A stretch of DNA of 64,000 nt. It comes from Lingula anatina (Eukaryota; Animalia; Brachiopoda). Location of the stretch: the NCBI GenBank assembly GCA_051362555.1, contig CM120640.1, forward strand, positions 39,162,788-39,226,787, read 5' to 3'. The position numbers and the translations under genes were made by a program. Below the pieces are notes generated by a model. It worked only from the letters and a program-made list of their open reading frames with translations, searched no databases and was not told where the DNA came from. Each line of letters begins with the position of its first letter. The first letter of the stretch is position 1. Shown here piece by piece: positions 48,788 through 63,700 of the stretch.

Positions 48788-51700
48788 GTTCATAACGCAG
48801 CTGCTCCTTTGCTAGAATAATACTCCATTAGATGGACAGCATTTGACAAGGGAATGTGGATGCAAGGCATAACTCAATCTGATAAAAATGCCAAGCATAC
48901 CCAGCTTAGGGGAGATACCATCAGGGGAGGAAATGTAGTTGTGTGTCTCTCCATCAAAATGAATATAATAAGCACACACCATCAAACCTGACATTACAGT
49001 AAGTGGATTCTTGGTGACAAATTTTGAACAGAAATTTTGACAGAAAAAAAATTCAGTGGCTAAAAAGTAACCCATTTGAAAAATAAGTTACTCCAATTCT
49101 AGCACACTGAAAATCTGCAGTGTGAGTTGGTAAAAAGCCCAGCTTCTTTCTGTCAGTTTTATCAAGCAAAACAAATTTGATTCTCACAGTGATTTAGCTG
49201 AGTGCCTCCTCCTGTTAGAAATAGCATCTTGTTTTGTTAGAGGCTCTGAACAGATTGAGTTCTCAATACAAATAAACTCTGAGAACAGCAGGTGTAAAGT
49301 ATGGCTGGTTACGCGGCTATATGTGCCAAAATAGAAAAAAATAATCGCTGCCTTAAGCAGAATGGTTGCAGTGTATACACATTATATTCCCTCAAGTCTT
49401 TCTCTTTCATTTCCCATGTACATCACTTCATTTGCCTCCTTTTTTAATTTTTACCAAAATTATGATTTCAATGTTTAAAATCTCAGAACATTCTAAAAGT
49501 TACATATTTAGATCAACAGACTGGGTGATACTTACTTAATGAAATTTAATGTGGACTTCTCTAATCCAGATTTTTGCCTGAAAAATACAAAAAAGCAAAA
49601 AATTAGCATTAATCAAAACACGCATTTTATCATGATATTCATCAAGACAGGTCAGCATGCTATCAAGTGCTGCCACCTGGTGAGCCAGGGCCTTGCAACA
49701 GCATGACAAACATGCAATCCACATTCAGGGCACCCCCACCCCGTGGCTCTCGTATAATGCTGACCAAAACATAGCATTAACCTGGTTGCCCTGCACAGTG
49801 TTGTGGGCAGGTATGAATACAGGGCATAATCATCTCCCTTTGTATTATGACAGCTGTATATTACTCTTATCAATGCAGCACATTATGTGGTGGAGAGAAG
49901 GAAAGGCTGTGTCAGTGAGAGGTGGTGCATAGCTGGCAGAGGGGGTGGGGGATGTTCCATGCTGTAATAATGTTCTATGCTGTAATAACCCTGCCCATTT
50001 TTACACCTGAAGAAATAGGAGAACTCCCATTTGAATACCTGTGAATTTGAGGAACTCTCTTCCATTCATGCTATTGATTTCTAACAAATTTCTTTCAGCT
50101 CAGTTTTGTTACCTTTACAGACTTTACTCTAATTCACCTAGCATGCTACATACTACTAACTTATATCAACACTTTTATATCAAATTAAGCCATGATACAT
50201 ACAAATCCTGGTGAATGAAAGCATTTTTTTTTTTTTTTTTTTTGCAAAAAAAGTTTTGCCTAGCTTCCACTCAAAGTGTTTTATTAAGTCCTCCATTTCT
50301 CTATACATCCGTGTTTAGTTACACACTATGACTTAGTTAAGGTGTAGATTTTCCTTTCACATGAGACTGTTGAGGGGAAAAAAAGCAATTGTTGCATGTC
50401 CTGACCCTACCTCCCGACACCTTTTTTCAATGATTCTGTCAGACAGGAGTGAAAGATTGACTCATAATGGATATCTCTGGGTAAGATCTGGCTTCCAAAC
50501 ATACCGCATAAATAGACTCCTGCTAGCACCCTCTTTCAATCAAATTTTAAAGTCAAATGAAGGCAAGTAACCATAAAATTTGTCATAAAAGAAAACAGAG
50601 ACTTTGGCGTACCAACAAGATAAGCATCGACTCCAACCATGTTACACCTCCTGTGTGAAACCTGCATGGTCGGCATATTTCCTACGTCTGCAGTCACTCC
50701 CCGTGTCCTACGGGTCCTCCCCGAACTTGTGAAAAAATAGGGAATTTCGTGACAAATCAACATCATCTAGAGGAATGTGGATATCTTGAGTTCTTCTGTT
50801 ATTTCTCGCAAGTTCAAAAACCAATAAAGATAAGAAGAGTCAAAGGAATAATCCAACTCAAATTCCAAAACTGAAAAGTAAACTGGGTACAGGTAATACA
50901 CATAGTTAAGAAAAAGCATCACATATGTTCTTTTTGTCATGTTATGCGATGGAAATATATGATAACAGATTAAAAAGTCATTGGTGCTATACACCTGTGG
51001 CATTAGATTTCCACTAAATATAGGTTGTAACAAAAACACAAGCGGCGAAATTAGTCAGAACACCATACATATTTCCCATATTTCTTCTCAAAACCACAAT
51101 AATTTTCAAAGTGATGGCATACACGGACACACCCACGAGAAAAGGGAAAAAAAAGATAGGCTTCCAGAAGGGAACTGAAGATGTGTTGTTAAACTTATCT
51201 TAATTTATTCTACTTTTTATCATAACAAGTTTTAACACAAAGAAATAATTCTATATGATCAGACTAGGCGATCAAAATTATCTTTGATATTAAAATACTT
51301 CACAAGAATGTCCCAGCAAAGAATACCGGGTCAAGGAACAATCCTTAAAACCCTGCCTTTGAGCACTCAAGTAAATATGAAAAACTGCTTTTTCCCTGCA
51401 GCGACATCTTAATGAGCACAAAGAAGTCACCCATCTCCGACTCATCTCAAAGAAGACATCAAAGTCAGGTCATTACAAGAAAGACAAGATAGCACGCAGT
51501 ACCGCCGCTCCTCCCTTTTTGGATAGCAAGCCACTTCAGTGGCGCTGTTGTCAAATTCCTCACCCTCCTCAAAGTTGCTTACAGGTATGACATCTGTACG
51601 TGTGACATAGAAGAAGCAGGGGAATATGTGTTTGATGAAGGATGGAAAATGATGAGCACGGCCAAATTTATGGCCTGCTTCTGGAAATAAAACGGTGTCA

Positions 51701-54700
51701 AGCTTGCCGCCAGTGCCCCAGGCCAACCATCGGTGGCCATGACAAGGTGTTACTGATGAGCTGAACGAACAAAGTTGACTTTTTTTATTACCAGGTGGTA
51801 GAGTTCCCACAACCATGACTAACCTTAGTGAGACCCCTTTCAGGTAATAATTTTTGAAATGATGGGTTTCTCAGCATACTTGGGGAGCCAGTGGGTGGAG
51901 AGAGATTTCGTCATTGATTTCAAGATGTGGGTGACGACACCATGAAATTATGGTTTGACACCAGGAAACAGTTGTGTAATACTTCTCCCACTGGTGGTCA
52001 CTGGTATGGCACGGAAATTATCATAAATCTCCCAACAGCCACAAATTTTCTTTAAAAACAATTTTCATCAAGGTGTATCTTTTATCAGCACAAAATCTTT
52101 TAGCAGTCAAATATTGCCAAATTATTTTCAAGATAACAAGGTAAACACTCCCTTTCTCATGTCTTGGTCAACAAAAATATCTCAAAACAACCCCTGTTAT
52201 CATTACTGAATCAACACAAACATTTGTAAACATAAGCTTGTGAGAAAAATTATAGAAATGCAGTAGAGTAGTACCTCAGCTACAAAAATGCCCAAATAAA
52301 ATAAAACTGACACCTTATTCTATATAACAACTGTCAACACCCCATCCCCCCCCCCCCCTCCACGAGTCTTGTTAAGAAAAAAAATGCTTAATGGTATCAT
52401 TTGCAAATCAGCTCAAACAAATCCCCAAACATCAACTTCTGTGAAAAGTGCAGAGATACACGATAGTGGTACCTTATCTACAAGTCTTCGTATGTATGAG
52501 CAAACATAACTGCAGCCTAAGTCTCCTAAATCCCTCAATTAATTTCACCTGCATCGTCTGATACTAAAAGAAAGAAGAAGACCTTTCCACACCTGACAAA
52601 ACCAATGACTAATCACATCTGGCAAACAATCTGAAGAGGACTTCAAAGTTTTGCATTATCGGAAAATCAATGGGGATAAGAGTGGAAAATTCTCCATAAG
52701 ACTTTGAAGCTGGGAGTTATCAAAGCATTTTGGCTTTTGTCGAGGTTTTTTTGTTATTATCTTCCTGAGATGTTTTTAATGGGTGCATACTTGAGAAACT
52801 ACTTCAGTACTGTTCTTGGAGCTATTTCTACACCATTACCTCTGGCAACCCTGAGATTCACTATCTGCAGTGAAACAAAAATGATTCCATCTCTTCTGAA
52901 GATGTCAAATTTCTACATGTATTTATGAATCAGTTTAAAGTGAAGTGCCTAAGAGAGCATTAGTGCATCCCTTTTAGGTGTAAATACAGAGTAAGAATCA
53001 CTGCATGATTTTATTTCATATTTTCAAAACTCAATTTGTCACAATTCTGTGGAAAAAAAAGTGTGAAATATTTGCATGCAGTGGGATTCCCAGGGTGTCA
53101 TTCACACATCAAACTTGAACTTTTTGGCAATGCAAACCAGTACAAGCTCTCAGACATGACAGTGAACAGAGCCACTGGGGGAAAAGCCGTGACTGTTAAT
53201 GAACTTCAAGTACCAGAGTGGGAGATAAGACAAACCAGAGCCTCCCTATGCCTCAACACGTGGAGCTGCCACTTGGACTTCCCCCAACCCACTAACAAGG
53301 CTGCTGAGGCATTAAAAACATGCCATGAATAGTATCATCTCTGCCCTGCCTTTATCTTCACTTTTGCAGTAGACGACGGATCCAAAAATGGGCAATTTAA
53401 TGCGACTGATATAACTGATACATGCTTCTAAATAAATATCCCATCTGTTTTCCCTGTGTTACAGAAATACGGAGAACTAAAAATTATGAGCAATGGCTTC
53501 AAGACTGAGGCAATAGCATTTTTCTTATTCAAACAACCGCTGAATGTAGTTGAATAATTTGCATGGCCAAATCTATCCTCCATACCACACACTTGTACTA
53601 ACTCCTTCAGTTTCTAATAAAATCTCTGAACATGGTGAATCAATCAAAATCAATAGGCATCCAATTTCCAATTAGCCTGACCACCAGACAGGCCAGGGTT
53701 ATCAATGGCATATCTCCTGAGCTTAACAGTGGCTAATCAGTAGCAGGTTATTAGGAATCATCTTTCACATTAAGCTCCACTACACAGGATTTATCCCCAT
53801 GGTACTGGAGCTTTTAATTGTTTCCTTTCTGTATAAATATACATTTATCAGTTTGACAGTTGCTTGACACTTTATTATTGCATATCATGTTTGCCATTTC
53901 CTACATTTCTATAATTTGAAATATATACCATCACAGTCCTTTTCAAAGTCTAATAACCATCATATTGTGACAATTATGGACTTCAATACTATAAAGACCA
54001 TATATCACAATTAACAATATATTTCATTAACTTCTTTCACTTTGAAAAAAAAAACAAACAAACAAACACCTGATAAAATCTCCATCCATTCATCTCATAA
54101 TATACATAGTACTTTGAAAAACAATCACACACACAAAAAAAAAAAAAAAAGAAAGAAAGAAACAACTCATTTCCCCCTTATTTTTTTCCTGGCCAATAGT
54201 TTAATTACATCCCAACGTATTCATTCCAGCATTGTTTTCCAGCAAATTATGCCGAAGTCTCCTGGTAGTTCTGGCTTGCCATGTGGCACACCAAGGCAGT
54301 GGTCAGACGGAATTAACTGATAGCGTCTTGACATGTCTATTACATGGGATGTCAGGGTCAGAAGGCCACTGATAAACCTGGCAAAATAATTGCTGGGGGA
54401 ATGATGGCACTGATGGATGTATAATCACATGACATTCCTACATACTGTAAACTTTGTGTTGATGATAAAGGACTCTCTGAGTTGACTTATTATTATATAT
54501 ACTTAAAGGATAATGGATTTAAAAAAAAAATCAGCTTTTGTTAGATGTTATGTGTAGAGGGACAGACATTTAGGAAGGGATAATGTGCGTTCTGGAAAAA
54601 TAAGTAAAATCTAGATATCAAAAATGATACCAATTTTTTAAACAGAGCTTATGACTTTTATTATGATGTACATGTCATTTACTGTGATCCTTATCCAGAG

Positions 54701-57700
54701 AAGACAGAAAATTACACCACTAAGATTTCTGAATGAACAGACTGTAAGATAAAAAACAAGATACAAGAAAAGATTGCAGAATTAAGTCCTTCAATACTGA
54801 GAGATTGGGAGAGCAGAAAAACAAAACATACAATCCAACATTCACAATTAGATCAATTTTCAAGAGGACCTCTCTCTTGACCTTCCATATAATTACATGG
54901 TATATATATATCATCTTTGTTTCCTACATCAATCCAGATCTTCAACTCCCCATGTATGTGATTGCATGAAGAGATTGACACTGTTGTAGTTCTATATATC
55001 TCAACCTATGATCTGGCCATAAGGCTTTAACATGCCCATCAGAGCATCCAACTGGTGGCATGAGGAGGGCCTCAGTGGTCATCACGCAAACCGCAAACCC
55101 AGAGTGACCGACTTAATGGTCCACTTTTTCTGTTTACCTGTTTATTTGGGATGATCATGACAAATGCTCATTGCTCCACCCCCCCTCCTCAGCACCCCCT
55201 GCATCCCCCAATGTTTAACCCTGTCCTAAATCTCTGGACCTAGCATGATGAATTCCCATATAGTACAACACCTGGAGTTTGATGAGTTTCAATGTTTTGT
55301 TCACCATCACCTGCCAGTTTGGGTTTAAATGATGGCCGGCAATGAGATAAAATAGTTGCAGTGTTCCACACCCAATTACTTCTGTGAACTGACACACAAA
55401 GTATAGCCTGCCAGCAGATAAGGAATGAAGGACACAGGATAATTGACAACATTTACTCTTGTTTGTTACATGCCACTGTGGAGGCACTGCATTGCACTGT
55501 TTTAAGAGAACTTAACAAACTCACAATACCATAGCATTCCTTTTGTGAAAAAAATTGTATCAAGTAAGGTAATGTATCACAGTTACACAGTGCCCCAAGC
55601 AATACATTACAGTAATGCTTGTGATATTTTATATGACTTGTGGTTCAGTTATGGAAATTGTAATATTGTTCTGTGGTGTACTGGGCAGATATTGCAATAT
55701 ATGTGGTCACCATATGACAGCCCCTTTTTTACAGCAGGCCTAATTACAGTCAACCAAACAAAGCTGGGGCATGGGTGACTTGTTTTATTATTTAGAGTCA
55801 CCTCATTCACATATTCTGAAAAAGGGTAGAATTAATTTAAGGAAAACGAGCAGACACACACACACACACAAACACACATACACAAAGAGAGAGAGAAAGA
55901 GAGAGAGAGATTTGATTGGTTTGACCTTTGACAGAAAGAAAAGAGTTGAACTTTCTTACTATAAGAAAAAAGTTTCTGAAACTGATTATGATTTATTGTG
56001 GTGGGCACATAACATTTGATGAACAAGTCATCATTACTAGTAGTGCCATTTCAAATTGGCACAGTGCATAATCACACAAAACAAAAACTTTATGGTGCGG
56101 CTCTTGGAGAAAATTTAAAAAGTGATACTGGAATGGCTTATTCTTTTTTGTGATAAAATGCCACTGGTTTCCCTTGGCAATAATCTCCCACACCTGAAAA
56201 AATGTGTTGCTTTCAGCCAGACATCTCACACACACCATTAGCGACAGCTCTGCACTTTTTCTTCTTCTTAAGACTCACACTTCTGAGACAACAACACACA
56301 CAGACTGTATTATTTTTCTCTCCAGATCCTCCAAAAAGCACTTACTTCATCAATCAATCACTTTCCCCAAACTCATCTGTGAAGTAGCATGTTTAATGCT
56401 ACAATCCAAGATTTAATTAAGACCACATCCATCAAAATGCCATCAATGACATTTGACAGTAACAAGCCGTCCTCACACAGCGACATGTGACGAGAAATTA
56501 GATTGTCACTAACGCAGGAAACGGTGACAACAAAGCTTTTTAAAGCAGTTTGTGATTAGCAATTCATCTCTGGGCGCCTACATGAAAGAAGCTTGCCTCT
56601 AAAACTGATGGATGGATGGCCTGCAGAGAGAAAACTTAAACCAAATTCTAAGCTTCTTGTTCCTTGCATTTCCAATAGGAACAGAAAATTTATTTCTGGG
56701 GTCTTTTGGTATTTTCTCTCTTGATCTAAAAGATATGGAACAGGAAACTATGCAATTATAAAAGATGGATTGTCTTTTTAATTGGGTACGCCAACATTGA
56801 TTTTAATGTACTATTTTATTGAGGGGACAAATTGTGTGGCACATGCCACCATATACAAAATTTTACCCATCATTCTAAAAGACTGCATTATTGTTTGAAT
56901 AAGAAAGAAGACTTCACCTATCATTTTCAAGGGCTGGCAGTTGCAAATCAGGAAATAAATCAACTAATCTACTACAACTACCACAATATTGTATGTTGCT
57001 TCTTGTGGGCATCATGTAGAAAGGAGCATTCAGTTGTGATTTTTTTCTTGGGGGCTGTTAAAACATTCTTGGACACCTACCCCTATTTTCACAGGTGAAC
57101 TGATATAATATGTCTTTATAATCCAATTTTCCATTCTCCTGTATAAGAACAATAAGAGTTGTTTCTGACAAATTTCATCTGTTTGTAACCAAGAGGCAAA
57201 AGAAGTGCAGAAATGTTCAGGGGGATTACAAGCTTCATATAACACAACAACAACACATCACATGTAATTTCACAAGTTAATTGAGAACTTATTATGTCTA
57301 AAGCCGCTTCTGTTGTGTTAGGAACGGCTTTAATCTGATTGCACTTAGTCGGCACTATGCTGCACAAATAAATAGAATGGGATTCAGAGGAAACTACATC
57401 TTCCATGCATAAACAAACGGAGGAAGACGCTCAGAGGGGCTATCTTCTTACGCCAAACCATACCATTCTTAGTGAAGTGCTCTTCCGATCACATTACATG
57501 CTATTAAGTTGATAAGGCACTTTATAAAAACACTGAGTCGAGAGAAAAAATATCAAAGCTAAACATAACAGTGAAGCACTCATATCCTTTTAATAATAAT
57601 TCTTAATAATGTTTTTGTATTGATAGCTGATCTCAATGCCGAGGTTTAATTGCCAAATATCAAGCTATTTTTTCCCAAAATACAAGATCTATTTCATGCC

Positions 57701-60700
57701 ATTCAGCACATGCAAAATCCTATGATAAGCCATTCTTTTTGTTGTTTGGCATGACACATCCTGATAAAAATGTGCTGTTCATCCCTGGCTTACAACTCAG
57801 CATATCTGATATCCACACATTCATTCAAGGGACATCACACTAGTAGGTAGTTATGCTTAACCCGCAGCCTACAAAAACCTCAAACATGTTCTGTAAATAA
57901 CTGCCACATGCAGAATGAATGTATGAATACGGACAAGGAATTATTTTCTAGTTTAAAAGATTTAACATATTAGAAAACATTGACAGAATCAATATCGGCA
58001 AAGCTATGTATTTGGTTTTCATTAAATTCTAAAGCAATCAGTTTTTATTTCAATCTGCAATGGCTGATATGCCAAGTGTACCAGGCAGACATAAGCTACT
58101 GTCATGAAGTAAGAGGGGTGTTTCCACAGTAAGGGGTAGCTATCTTTTTCATGTAATCCAGACAGCAAGCATTGTGCCGTAGATAAGGCAGACACACCGA
58201 AGCCCCGCAAATCCCTTCATTCAATCCCCCAAACTCAGCTGTCAATCTGAATCTATTTGCCAACTGCAACAAATTGGCGAGCCATTGTAGCAAATTACCA
58301 ATGTGTTTTCAATGCATTTCATTCTAATGTCTTCCACTCCTATCCGATTAAGATCACTGCCTATGCATGCATTAGGTTTAATCCGGGGGTCTGTTTGAGT
58401 TCTATTCTATTTCTATTTTTCATATGAAAACACCCATTATTGTCATATTTTTGCTGTGGGGTATAAATCTATGCAGCGTCAATGGGGCGAGGTCGTGGGA
58501 AGGGGGTTACCCTGTAATGTGACTAATGACCTCATCTGTTAATGCTTTCCCCTCCAGAACAGTGGGGTTAAGTCCCCCAGCTTTTGTGTACGTCTACTTT
58601 TCAATAATAATCAATGTGTGCGCTCGTTAGGACTTAACAAGGGGATTTCAATGCAACTTCAAAGGCTGAAAGTGGGGCAGAATTCAGTGCATTTTTCCTT
58701 TCTTAAAGCTTAATATCTGATTCATTAATGTGAGAAGGCCACCTACATCAAAATTTTAATTATTATCTTAATAATTTTCATATTTCTCTGTGTAATAAAG
58801 GGGTGATAATTCTTTAAGTTTTCATTTTGATTTTTTTTTTAATAAAAAAATAATTGTATAAGACGCTTTGAGAAGTTTGATTCTGTTTTCTGTTTTAAAA
58901 TGCAAGAGTTTTTATCACTTTCTGCCCTTTATTTTCATATGAATATTTTCTCAAATCTAGCGTGAAAAATAGATCATTAACTTGAGCTGAAAAAAATTCA
59001 CTGTAACAGAAATTTTCCAGGTCTAACCTCAGGCAAAAGATATACATATTACACCATGCTGAATTAGGAACAGTTTAATGATCATCACATATCATCATGT
59101 ACTATAACCAGTATATATCTGTCAAAGCTAATGTGACATGGGTAACATCTCTCTGTGCAGCAGTGCAAAATGAACATTACAGGTTCACAAGAATAAAATA
59201 AAACAGGTCCTACTACATAATTTTTTTTCTGAAAAATCAACAGATGACTGAAGTTAGCAGCCTAGCAAAGGCCTGCTAAAGAACAGGAGGACTAATGCTT
59301 GGCTGCAAACTTTTCCACATATTACTCTAATATCCTTGACCGATAGCAAAATATATAATATGCTGCAGACTGTGTTCTGTTTTTGTCTATGAAAGTAATC
59401 TTTTTATTCACTTATAATTTCTGATTTCTTTTGTTTAATGATGGTAAAACAATATTAATAGAAAATATTAATAAATACAGCATATTTATAGTAGGGCAAG
59501 TTTCTTTATATTATGTGGACACCCTTCAAACCTAAATGACATAAAAATAGGAGGGATAATCAGCAGAGGTCATACTATTATACATATTTTACACATTTCA
59601 GATATTTTTTACATAACTACATTATTCTGATAAATTTACAAACTGAGATCTACATGCATATTCTGTTTACCTAAAATATTGAAATTAATGAACTATAAAG
59701 ATTTGATTAAAAGACTGCAAAATCTAGTCATTTCCATCCAATCCTCAAACCAAACAAGATTTTTCTGATTCAAAGTTATTTCATTGTGCAAGTTTCAGCT
59801 CAATCAATTTTTAAAAACTTTTTACTCCGACGAGAAATTAAATATGGCAGCCATTTCAAACTTGCAACCAAGGACAAGTTAAGTTTGAGGACAAGAGCAA
59901 TAGGAAGATTGCTTTTGTTTCATTACCCCAGTCATAAGCCACTGCTGCGCACTGCGGCAGCTTTCACAGATTTCCGCAGTTAAAACTGGATTATGTGGAG
60001 CAAAGGACGTGGGCTGTGGTCGATGCCGACAGTGACAGGCCATGTAATATGTTACTTTGGAAATTACACTTGAAAATCTGAGTGTGTTTCTTGCACCTTT
60101 CCTTGTGCTGCAGGAAGCTGCTCTAAGTGGGCACATGTGATAGCAGATTATTACAAGATGATACCGTGCTGGTGGCAGCCAATCGCAGCAGACGTTTGCT
60201 GCTCTGACAGCTCTTTTGACATCACCTCGGCCTCCCAACTACTGTAACATTCTCATAAAAGCAACCACATTAAATGTACACAAACTTACGCAGGAAAGAA
60301 TAAATCATGCAATTCACTTTTTGAATTGCATTCAGGAAACCTTGGTAACCTGCCTTAACTTAATATTATTTTGCACTACTTTTTTTGCTTCACGTAGAAG
60401 CTCCTCTACCGGTGCAGACTTGTGCCCCATTTTAAACATTTTACATGATAAAGAAATCATCACAGATATATCACACTGCTTTCTGATAATGCAGATTTTT
60501 TTCAGGATCATATCAAGTTTGGCATCTAGCAAACATACATATTATACTGCCACTCTACTGATTTCCATCAAAGCATGCCCTTCCTAAATATATAGGAAAC
60601 TTATGCAGAGGCAGATAATAAGTGATTGACAGCATGCCAACAGAATCTGGCCTTACTTCATGGAGCAATGGTACTATTTCCTGATAGATGGATGTTAATC

Positions 60701-63700
60701 ATGTAAACTGGCATTTCCTTATAGGTACAACAAGTGGTGAACGATTGGGGTCAGAAAAATTAGTTCATGGCATACTTGGGATAATACAATTATGATCTAT
60801 CCTATTTCTAACAATTTGTTTTCTTCTGGATCAGTGGTGAGGATCTTTTTGTATAAAGGAGACTCTGGAAAACCTGTAACCTTATAACTCCAATTGTCAT
60901 TTACCTTGAAGAAATCTTATGGAACAATTTTTTCTATGATGTTAGACGAAACTTTCTGAACATAACCTGACTCAAATCTTCTTGTAACTCAATTTTTCTG
61001 GTTTAACAAATTTTCTAGTCCTACAGCATCCTAGTTATATAAAAACTACTGTATATATCAGGGAAGGTATACTACCACTTTTCAAACAACATTTATCAGT
61101 ACACATATACATTAAGTATTTCTATAGAAACAGAAACTTTTCAGTGTAACATCTTTAATAACCAAAGTAATTTTGAACACAGAGGTTGTCTGCTGATTTT
61201 GTCTCAGTGATTTTAAGTTTGATGAAAAAAACATTTCAGTAAATTATTTTTTGCACTTACCTGTAAAGATACAAGTAGATGGAAGATACTATACTGAACA
61301 GGATCACCTGTGAAAGGAGACAAAAATAAATAAAATATAATTCAACACATTTTTCCAATTTCATCTGAAAAGGTGGGGGGAATGGGGTTTCTTTTCAGTT
61401 TATTTTTATCAATGTTCATAATTAAACACTGATGTAAGTGGTTAGATCACAGTCCTGTGGCTTAATATACCTGGTAAAAACACGTCATCAATTTGTCACC
61501 ATCTCTTGTGTATAATTCACTTATTAAATAATTCATAAAAACAAAGAAGCGTGCATGCAGTCACTGTGACAAAATATCACCTAAGTGAGAGCTATGTTAC
61601 TTTGTCTCGTCTGATTTTTGAGCCACAAAAAGTATATCTGATCCATCTCCCAGGTGCACACGTGTCAATTTTCATGGTAAAAGGTAAAAAAAAAAAGCTC
61701 ACAAAAGCTCATCATTTCATAGAAAATACAGCACTTTGGTCTATCACCACTCCATCACTTTTTGTGTCAAAGCATGTCATATCCATCACAACAACATGAA
61801 AGTTGAGCCGAGGTTTCGAGACAACCAGACCTGTCTACACACGGCCTAGCTGCAGTTCTACATCACATTTGTTGTTACCCTGCCCGTGTTATTTTCAACA
61901 CCTCTGAACTCAATCCCACTGTTTATTTATACAAGATACTCTCTGGGGTTTTTCAGAGGCTTTTAAAAGGTATACATATACACTAATGCACTGAGGACTG
62001 GTTGTAGTGCTAATGCAGGTAGAAGTTGCTGAAACTGATAATGCCATTCCAGTAAAAAAAAATGGGCCTGGATTCTTGCTGCTGTAAAGCAAGACTATCT
62101 TATCTTAAATCAGAAAATGAACTCGATTATTTCAAAATAATAGCATATTGGGAAAATGAATTTTCTTTGAACTCACCTGTCCATTTTTGATCTGTCTAAC
62201 ATAGCCCCTTGCTTCTGCCATTCTGTATAAGGTCTCTATTGCCTAAAGCATAGAATTTTCATTTCATTATATATATATATTGTATATCATTATGGGTAAC
62301 CTTGTTGTAAACTGTGAAGAAGACTGATGAAGATAACCTTATCAATACGGAAAGAATTTATGAACAACAGAAAATAAGATGTCAGCTGTTCTCACCAGTA
62401 TAGTTTGGAAAAAGGACAACATTAGTTAAGAGCTATGAAAGACTTACCAAATTTGAGACATATAGGGCCAGCATTCCTCTCCTGTCAAAATAAGCACAAA
62501 ACTTCTTTAAATAAAAGACAAAACTCTCAAGCTTCATTTTAAATTTTTACTTATATATATAATCAAAATTGAATAAACTGTCCAGAAAATTCCTATCAAT
62601 TTTTTGTGATTAATTAGTAATCAAAATAATAAGGCTTTATTCATAGAATTCATGATTGAAAAATAGCCATAAATTTATAACAGTCTCAAAGCAAGTCCCC
62701 GCAAAATCATATGTACAAGACAACAAAAAGCAATACAATCTTCATAAGCAGAACATGCATAAGCTGTCATCAGACAATTACACTTTCTTTGACATTTCAA
62801 AATACATTTCAACATATCAAAATACTAGTATTTTTTTCAATTCCAATATTAATCCAGACAAATTGACAAAAATTAAGTTGACTGCCAATGCTAATCAATA
62901 AATTGGCTAATATTCAACAAGCCAGAGAAAAAAAAACTTGCTTTTGAGACATTTGATTTCTTTAATAAGTAACATAACCATTATGCAGCTTTACAAAATG
63001 CAAACCATATCCACTCAAAGTGATACCCTGACCACGTTAACTTTTAAATGATACAAGTTTACCAAGATTGGTACAGTTAGTTAATGTTAATACAAAACCA
63101 CACAAAATCATATACAATATCAGTAAGTACTACCACTTGGCTTAACAATTAACACTTTAATCAGTACTTGTTAAACTACAGCTTCACCTCTATTTCATAT
63201 TAAGATAAAGCATCATAATCAATAAACATGTACAGTGTTTTTTATGCCATTCCCAATCAATCCAATTATCTCTCATGCAGAGTGTAAGTTACCATCACGC
63301 CAAAGAAATGGTTACATTCTTTGCCCTCTAATGCCTACCTGCTTTTCCTCTCGAGATTGATGGCGACAATGCAGGCACAAAGTGCAGGTAGAGAACTACT
63401 TATGATATAGAAACGGCCCAGAGCCTTCCTGTTAAATCAAAAGAATATAAGGGGATTTGAGACTGAGAGAAGAAATCACAACTACTAATCCATACGTGGG
63501 TGTCTCAAAAGAGAGAGCTTGAAGCAGGTCTTCTCTTGGATCTATGCCTTGTTCTGCTGCAAATGGAGCGAGCACATCAAATATCACTAAAGAATCACAT
63601 AAAAAAAATAGATATCAAAACAGACTTGTGATGGAGATATTGTGTACGAAAACCTTCAACAGATGAATCCTTTTAAGTTTCCGTTCTAAAAGAATCTAAA

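Noticed and set aside
51442-51816. 124-aa ORF in the large TMEM135 intron as a nested gene
   Set aside because: No recognisable motif, codon pattern or supporting exon structure.
61910-62092. Extra TMEM135 exon
   Set aside because: The required phase-0 frame hits a stop, and flanking exons already join into the expected sequence.
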